The notes under the pieces are model-generated. The model did not search any database and was not told the origin of the DNA. It saw nothing but the letters and a program-made list of their open reading frames with translations. A DNA stretch of 64,000 bases, taken from contig DF237000.1 of assembly GCA_000708835.1 (NCBI GenBank), positions 128,166 through 192,165 of the forward strand, given 5' to 3'. The position numbers and the translations under genes were made by a program. This stretch comes from Klebsormidium nitens (taxonomy: Eukaryota; Plantae; Klebsormidiophyceae). Positions 55,565 to 64,000 of this stretch are shown piece by piece. Numbering within the stretch: the stretch's first letter is position 1; each line of letters opens with the position of its first letter.

Positions 55565-58500
55565 GCCAAAGAGGATGTCCGCCCCATGTCCTTTGCTTCG
55601 AGTTGGGGCCGTAAGATCTCCGAGCAGTCAACACAGCTGTTATACTGTTGACCTCCAGAGTAGCAATTCGTGTTTGCAATCTTCGGACGGGTGGCCATGA
55701 CGAGAGGCCCGTTTGAGTGGCTTCCTCAGGGCGGAAGTCCTTGTGATGCCACTGCATAATCAAGAATACTTTCCGCCACACAGGACCAAGAACAATATGG
55801 TGATTTTCTATGTCGTAATCACCCTCCAGCCGCCAATCAGATTGTTTAGGTGTTCCGATTCGCTGCCCTTGTGACATGCCCTGTTTGTACTATGCCACCT
55901 TTCGGTGAGGCTGACCTTCTTAAGCATGGCTGCGAGGAGAGCCTCCTGCAGTGTGGGTGAAGTTGCCCAGATCAGGGTATTGGAAAGGAGCCACCTTTTT
56001 GTGAAGCACTTTTCAAAGTTTTACGCCTATACCTGGTATCAGCTCGACGAGGTGCTAGTCAAGATGAAGCCCCTCCTATGACCGGTATACGAGTTGGCGT
56101 ATTCTTCGCTTCCCCGTCTTGCAAGTGGCGTCCTTTCAAGTGAGGGCAGTCTGCAAAATGAATGTTACGGTCAAATGAGACTCGAGCCGATATGTTACTT
56201 GCACTGGAGCACTGTCCCAGTGCCCTTGCTGATCGACTGATGCCACCATATGTTCTCTTTTAAGGTTCAAGTCATCTTGTTCTTTCTTGAGACGAAGGCT
56301 AGGAGGAGGCTGTTCAGTTGCAATTGTTGCCGTTGCATGCATGAAGCTCTGTCTTCTGACGCCAAGCCTTCGAAGTAACATGCAGCTCATCACTTAAGAA
56401 GCCATCAAACATCGCCCTCTTACTTCCGAGCGGACATACAAGCGCCTGCAGAATGCTGTTTTTGAAGAGTCACTCACTCCTTTTCGCAGACGTATAAGTA
56501 TGGGAAGGATAAGTATCCGTTTTGTTAGAAAGCTGCTCAGTAGAGGTTACTTAGCTTGAGCTGGAACCCCTGATGGGCTTCTCTATGATCTGCATCCAAC
56601 AATAAAAGCGGGGAAATACGGCGTCGTCTTTGAAAGCAAGGGTGTCATAGGTCGACTGCTGAACTAGACCTGCTTAGCGTTGGTTTATAGGAAGTGCACA
56701 CCTGCAGACCTGTTCGTTTTCTCTGTGGTGCATTGGCTCGGAGGCAAGGTGCTCGCTAAGGCCGATTGGCAAACACGTCCGGTTGATAGAAACGATCCGC
56801 ATGTTGAGCATCAATCTTCGGTCCTTTGATGTCGCCTCTCAACGATTCGGATACAACTCCTTGATAGCGCCTCGTGTGTCTGACGACTCTGGTGAATTGA
56901 TACGGCTCTCCAAAAAGGCCGTATTGTATCCAGCTTGGAACCGCTTTAGGCTCGAGATAGTTCCTTCCACTTCATTACTTGAGGCACTCCTTTCTTCCAC
57001 ATAGTTCCTTTTCCCGTGTGCCAAAGACCGGAAAAGCGACGTGGAACCCCTTTTTTCCCGCAAGGGACTGGGCTGAAGCAAGACTGTTACGGTAGCTTCG
57101 GCAGCCCGCTGACTCCTTCGAAGTGTTTGGTTCCGTGCACTTGAGACTGGTCTCAGACTGCTTCATGTTTTTGACTGTGTCAAGCATGGCTAGGAAGATC
57201 TGCCCCGGTGGGTGAAGTTGCTCAAGCAGGTGAAGTTGGTTGTACTTCCTGAAGCCACCTAAGCTATGCTTGAATTGCCTCACCTTCGTTAGTCTTGGCT
57301 TTGACGAGGTAGACTAAACGAATGGAAGGACTTTTTGGAATGCTTGGGTGACCCAGTCTATGCTCTGCTCCCTTGCCTTGCGGTGGCGTGCTTCAAAGGC
57401 CTTCCTTCAGGTTTCCGAAAGCGACCCGGGCTGAGATGGTCACTTGCCTGTTGGAACACTTCCCAAATCTGCGGCTAGTGCTCTGACGCCTTATGATTTT
57501 TCGGGGTGCTCAATACGCCTTCTTTTGGTTCGATCATGAGAACGTGGGACTTTTTGCACAGTCACTGGAGGCAGGCGTCCGACACGCCGTGAATCGAACT
57601 ATCCACACACCCTGATATGCGTTGCTTCGGAAGTGTGGGCTCCTTTGGCACCAAACCTTGAAAAGGAAGAATCGGCCTGAGTTTCAGCCTAAGATCTGCG
57701 GGAGGGTGGCTTTGGTTGGATGACGGAATGACACGGGCGCATCTTCGATCTTGATCCGTGTCTGTGCAGATCAGGTCTGGCTGCTTCTACTTCTTCTGAG
57801 ATCAACACAATTTTTTTCGTCAAGGCTTTTACTCTGTCATGGTTACTGGAAGCAAGGCAGTGATGCGCCCGGTCGGTTTGGTGCCACAGGGTGGTTCCAG
57901 CAACTAGTCTGAGGGGTGATAGTGATGCCACAAACTAGAGACCATGAGCAATTGTAGACCATTTTTCTAACGCATGCTCCGTGAGGGGGGTAGACAAACT
58001 GTATTTTCCGCTGCGATTCATTCGGCCGTCGACGGCTGAGACGTTGTCCCGTGGCAAAGATTTCGTCACTTGGAGTCAACGTTTTCTTTTGCGGTCGTAT
58101 GGGTGTGCCGGTGTCTTTGTTTTTTCTGAGACGATTTTCCACTGCGTGTGTCACTTTCGTCTAAGACCAAGATTCAGGAACTGCATGCATCTCTTCTCGT
58201 ACAAGCGAGCGAACCTTAGCCTTTACTTCTTCGATGCAAAGCAAGTACGCTACAAGGGCTCAACTCTCTTCATCAGACCGGTCGCTAGACCGGTCGCTCA
58301 GTGCGGCATCGGCTATCAAGGAACGCCCATTTAAGCACCTTCATTCTCTAAAACTTCCTAGGTGTAAATACGTCGGCGTCAATCAGGAAGTTAAGGATGC
58401 CAAGCTTCGGCCCTTGAAGCGAGTTGGACAAGTACACATCCCGCTGTTGCACGAACTCCTTTCGTTGAGTGTGTGGAGTATTGGCCGAGATGCAAAGCTG

Positions 58501-61500
58501 CCCGCTATTGCAAGCGACTTGCAGTTTGTAGTGGGTCCTGACGCTGCTGCTCCATTTGCACGGGTGTCACTCCGATGATGTTGAAGCAACTTTTAGCTTT
58601 CTTTTTGGGAGGCCTGAATGCGGGTCGGACGCCAATTAAAGTGCAATTTGTCTTCCGGATCTCTGCTCTCGAAAAAGGTTCTTCTCGATTGTGCGATTGT
58701 GCTGCGGTCCTCGCTGGCGGTGACGAGTTTGCCCATTTGAGTGCGACACCTCAAGCAGAGGTGCGTTTTTCCGGATGCCACTGGCTATGCGATGCTTCAA
58801 AATATCATAGATTCAATTTCCTATTTTGGGCTTGCTTTGCTTACCGCGAGTCTTTAAAGCTGCAAGGGTGTTTCTTAAACCTCAGCGGTCTCTTCCAAGT
58901 TTGTCATTGCTTTCACGTTGGATGTTCCTAACTCAGTCGCACGAGTGCGGGTTGGCACACAACCGGTCTGCATGGTGAGCTTCAGTTCTCTTCAACCTGT
59001 CCTCCTTTTAAGTGGTTAGGTTTCACTTTTTTCCGCCGCTGTTGCTTGTGTACGTTGAGTAAGCACCGGCTCAGGAAAAGGCGATCCCAGCTCGGAGCAA
59101 TAGAGTAAAGATACGACTAGTCTGCTCACCTGACTGTCGGAAGTGCAGGCTTGAGCTGACTATGTTTACTGTATTCTGGGGCCGCCTTGGAGGTTGTTGT
59201 TTTGTGAGCGTGGTAAGGACGCGGAATACTCGCTGGGTCTTGTCCCAACAAGTGGCAAGTAGTCTGCTGATGCCGTCGTCTTGACCGTTCCGTTTCCGAC
59301 GAGTAGTCTCTGTTGTAATCGCGAAAGAGCAAAAGAGCGATGCGGCGCACCTTCACTTCACACAAGAGAATGGATGTCATCTCATGGTAGCTACGGCAGT
59401 TGCCATCATCGACAATCAAGTCTTTGGTTTTGCTGCCCTCGTGGTCGGTCCTGAATGTAGCGTACTGCCTTCGGTCGATAGGTGTTTCACGCATGGCCGT
59501 GAAGAGAAGCCCTGCTGAGTGACTCTGCTCAGACGATGATTGCTGCCGCTTAGAGCCACCTGGGGTGACGCAATTTTTGCTGTCCCGACTCCTCGCTTTA
59601 GTTTTTGCTTTGCCTAAGTGCCCGACCAAAAGGCAGAGCGCTCCGTTAGTTGAACTGGCGACGTAGAAGTTTCAGTGCTCCTTCATCTAGCATGGGTCGC
59701 GCCGTGATTTAAGTCGATGTCGACTCAGGCTGAGGTGTTGCTCGCGCGTTATGGCAGTCCCAATCCCCGTGGCTGATGTTCTCATACCTCGATTATTGGT
59801 TTCTGGTTCTTCTGCGCTTGATTCACCTGAGGCACCAAGTTCTTAAAAGAATTGCAACACCTTGGCCGAATCTGTATTAGAAACCGGGCTTCCAATCGCT
59901 CCCAAGTCCATGACGTTTCACATTCTCAAGTGACAAATTCTTTAGGAGTTCGCGTGAATGCCGGATGCTGTATGGAAAAAAGGTCTGGTGAGCGTCACTT
60001 GTCACGGCTTTGTACGTCGTTCCCACTTGACGGGTCAGGTGGTAATGCTACGCATCGCCGTTGTTTGCCTGAGCACAAAGGGTAAAAGGATCCGGTTTTT
60101 CGCAAGGACATACCTCATATCGGCTTGAGAGCACGGTTGAGGAGATATCTTATACTTGCCCACCTTCATTTCAGCAGTCTTCAATCAAGCTGGCACTTCA
60201 ACTTCTTTGATGAGCCTTTCCAGGGCTGCTTTGTCGTGAGCGCTGGCTAGGATGCGGATCACTTCTTGGATCTTTCCCCAATGTGGGGACGATCCCTTGA
60301 TGTCGTCGTCTTGAAGCGCTTCTTATTGAAAAAGTGGGTCTCTTGTGCGCCTCACTTCCATCTCCGCAAGTTATATGCAACTAAAGGCAGCCATATTTTG
60401 GCGGCCATGGCTTCCGCTTTTTACCCCGTTCAATAGTGTCGCTTTCCTAACCTTGCGACTGGTCATACCGAGTGTTTCGAGCTGCGTTTTGTTGTTGACT
60501 ATCTTATGCATGGCCGAAAAGAGATGCCACGTTGGGGTGGGGTTGCTCAGGCGATGTCTGATGACCACCTCTCGGAGCCACCGGATTTGAGTGACTGTTA
60601 ATATCTTGACTCTTTACCTCGGGTTTGTGGCAAAGCGCTAGTTTTTGGACTAGTATGGCGACTCAGATTGTGCGTGGCCCCTTTGTCCCGCCAGTGCCGT
60701 GTGCATTAAAGATTTGTCAAAAGTCAATTATCAAATCCAAAGCGACCCGGGCTAGGATGTGACTGCTCGTTGGGCACTTCCCAAATCCGCGGGAATCTTC
60801 AGACGCCACAATACACGTTTTCATGTTGTATTGGTGCGGTACATATCTGGCTGTGTTTTATTGCTTCTAGAGTCAACGCGTGTCTTCTCAACGATTATTT
60901 GCCGTTGTAACCCGAAGCAGGGCAGTGATGTGCACAATCGGTTCGGGGCCAGCATGGGTTTTTAATGCCCTCCAGTTTGCTTGGTACCAGTGTTTGCAAC
61001 CAAAGTTTAGTCCATGCCAGATTTCCCAACTCTGATTCTAGTCGGTTCCAGATACTGCCATCCGGTACGACAGCCAATATCAACACCTTTTTTGAGGGTT
61101 TGCTCTGTCGGGGTGGTGCAAACCTGTTGTATTATTGTGTGTATTTTCGTATTCTGCCATGGACTGCCGAGATTTTGCCACGTTGCAATGGTCCCTTGGG
61201 CCTCTGGAGTCAGCATTTCGCGGTCCTGTAGGCGTGCCGTAGTGTGCTGTCTTTCTGCGTGTGCAAGGCTTAGGAGGACACTGGAAATCCGCAGCGCCCT
61301 TGGGTCACAATCATAGTCTACACCGGTGTCTGACGCCAAGATTCAAGGACGGCATGCAGCTTATCTATGAACGAGCATCCATCAGCACTTCCTAAAGCGC
61401 GTCGGGAACGGAGTCTTGTGTTCTTTGACGATCGACCAGTAAGGCATAGGCCTCCATGCTTATCAGGAGAAGGCCCGTGTGGTCCTTCCATCATTCTCGA

Positions 61501-62993
61501 GCCGGGCGTTTCACTAAAGCCCGTCCCTATTGACTTCTTCTTCTCATCGTAGACGTTTCAATCGGTCCTGTAAACCCCGCCGCAAGCTTAATCGGGGCGG
61601 TAACAACATCCAAGCGCCGTGCTTGAAACTCCACAGAGTCGTTCAAATTAGCTTGCCTCACGTGCGTAAAATGTGCCGTCCAATAGGAAATTAGTGCGTG
61701 GCGAGTTTGAAGGCAAAGGCCAGGATGAGATCGCCCGATGGGACTTTGCCCAGAAGGTGTAGAGTGGTCCTGAAGCCGCCATGTCAAGCGTTCTTGTCAG
61801 CACTAACAATCCCTGACACTGTCCAATAATCAAGCGTTGGTCCAGCCGCAGGCGCGAACGTGAATGGAACAGGACTCCTGCTTCTTAGTCGCGCAATCAG
61901 CTTGCAAGAATTCAACTTTGGTTTGCAAGTAGTCTCTAGAATTGTCGTGCATGCTGTTTCAGTTGGTTTTGGCAAAGGCCGAACCGGCGTTGGGCCTGGC
62001 TTGGTTCAACTTGTAAATCCCTATTGACTGGCTGTCTTTTCTTTGGTCCCTCGCACCTCGAATTTTCCATCTTTGAGCAGAACCAGCGGATGTTTTCTAA
62101 ATCTCCATATTTCAACGTCGTCACAGCGCTCGTACACTGAATTCTACACGTGGGGGATACGAGTCTGTCTCTGATACTGATGGCCGCGATGACCTGCTTG
62201 AACATTGATGACGCCAGTAGATACGTGTTTGTTTTACTATTACTGTGAAGACTGGGACCACCTTCGTTTTTGCAGAACTGGTACAACCTGGCAGTAGCAT
62301 GTATTTTCCTGCTGCCATTCCATGGCCACTTCGGTCTTCGGGCCCATTGAAAGTTTTCAAAGACCGTGCGACTGTTGGCAGATACACTCTTGGCGAATCT
62401 TGGCTCGGATGTAACGGGCGTGCTGGCTTGTGCTGGTCAGTCCGTGTCCGCCGGAGAGGAAGTAACGCCAGTACTTTCAAATTTTGGTTCCATGCTCTGT
62501 TTCGCTGGTATGTCTTCCGAAACTACCCAGAGGGTTGCTTTTGGGATCCCTGTGCGCGGCCCCAGTGCCGATACCTGCCATCATCACCGGTTGAAGTGGT
62601 GTGTGTGTTCCCTGATGTTTTCTGGCAACAGAGCCGACAATGATAAGAACCTCTCTCGATGCCCGTGAACTCGATCGAAGTAGGAAGAAGAGGTCTGCTG
62701 CGAGTGGGGTCGGTTAAGAGGGCTATCCGAGAAGCGTTGCATCGTAAGTTGTCGAGGCAGTGCTCTGTCTTTATTATCGTGCGGAGGCAAAGATGACCAT
62801 TTCTGGCACCTTGTTGGGTTCATGTGCCCATCATAGTATGGAGGACAGTGCCTGATGCCACCTGCCTCACACGCGCTCGTTTGAGCCGCTCACCCCAAAA
62901 ATGTGCAACACTTCCTTTGAGCACTTACCGGGTACTATCTTCACCGGCACTGACGTCACTTCCCTCTGCCGACCAGCATGGTCATTGGAATGA

Positions 62994-63061
62994 GGAATCT
63001 TTGATTGCCTTGAAGTTTGCTTTGGGATGGAATCTCTGATTGCCTTGAAGTTTGCTTTGGG
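62994..63061 (+). repeat. 33-bp direct tandem duplication (period 35, one mismatch)
   Basis: ggaatct(t/c)tgattgccttgaagtttgctttggg at 62994 and 63029. Confidence 0.9.
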
Positions 63062-64000
63062 CCAGCAGCTCACAAGCAAAGCCCTAGTCTGGTGCCCACT
63101 GGTCTTGTTGCAGATCAGAGAAAGAACTTTAAGCAGGTTCTAACTCACGGTCACTGTCCCAGCCAGTGTCTGGTTCTAGGTTAGCCGACGGGTTACCCAT
63201 CCCTGCCCTGTCCCCCATATATCCAATCTGTTTGCCCGAAATAATGTCCTTTTTGGTGAACCATGTCTTTTAGGGGGTCACCTGATTTTTGCTCCTTGGG
63301 CTTCCTGCTTTTACCGTTAGCCGCACTCTTTTTTCCTGCTTCTCCGTCCAAACATCCTTGAAGTACGACCATCGTAACGCGCGCTAAGGGCAGATCTCAA
63401 GCATAGAACGTTACAAGGTTGCGGGTAGATCTTTGATTTCCTGTTGAACGGGCTCTGCCTGCCAAAGCACTTGCACTAGATGGCTGCTTTTCTGCTACTT
63501 CGATCGGCTCTCCGTCTCTGCTCATGACCACATGCAGCCCACACGCGTCGCCAAATTGCGAGACCGTTGTTTGGCCGTGGCGCTGATGACATTTCCAGCT
63601 GCTTTTGTCAAAATCTTTTCTTTTTGGTTCTCAGTGCCGGAGGTCGATTTCATTCCCTGTCCCTTCTTTTTTTTGTGCTCGTTGCTGGTACTGGGATGGT
63701 AGCTGGGACGAGATTGGTCTCTGGGTGCCCGTAGCCCACTGCTCGATATGATCTGGACCGATGCTGCCAATTTTTAAACGCCTTGTTTCGTACACAGGTC
63801 AGAATCTGCGGATGTGTTGGCACTATGACGAGCTGACCTTGCTCGAAAGAATTGGGTCTCAATGAAATCTGTAAAATGCAAACAGTGCTCGAAAGACATG
63901 CTCAATTGCTCGTGGCTCCTTTCCGTAGGAGTTTGTTTGAACTAGTACGGTCAGTCCCCTTGGCCAAGTGGCTTAAGACGAGATAGGAAGAGCGTTCCTG

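Larger units (their letters stand above)
53250..64000. pseudogene. Decayed multi-copy sequence family downstream of the AK gene, same family and orientation as the giant-intron content; runs off the window
   Basis: Shared anchors with the intron: 54968 vs 42717 (47 nt, 1 mismatch), 57126 vs 45175 (23 nt identical), 58488 vs 43858 (20 nt identical), 63275 vs 45821. Internal duplication anchor aaagcgacccgggct at 57418 and 60739. Confidence 0.7.

Overview
Intron-rich eukaryotic nuclear DNA, most likely from a streptophyte alga such as Klebsormidium. That assignment is an inference from the PRONE-type RopGEF, a plastid adenylate kinase-DUF1995 fusion, a class-2 DYRK and a QDPLSxxRATCACK-type F-box protein. 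I reconstructed six genes by hand from GT-AG junctions and phase consistency: a secreted cupredoxin-like protein (-, runs off the left edge), a DYRK2-like kinase (-, 4933-13469), a hypothetical protein (+, about 15.6-17.0 kb), an intronless F-box-like gene (+, 18820-19764), a RopGEF with a very long disordered N-terminus (-, 21472 to >27750) and a chloroplast AMK5-type adenylate kinase (+, 31128 to about 52400). Two structures are not explained by these genes. (1) A 10.7-kb intron at the AK/DUF1995 domain boundary holds several decayed copies of an unidentified, apparently once-coding multi-kb sequence family, which recurs in the same orientation across 53-64 kb. (2) Degenerate copies of splice junctions ('echoes') sit next to real exons in three genes, including a roughly 120-bp tandem array of decoy acceptors. 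I found no rRNA, tRNA or CRISPR array. All calls are by eye, with no database searches.
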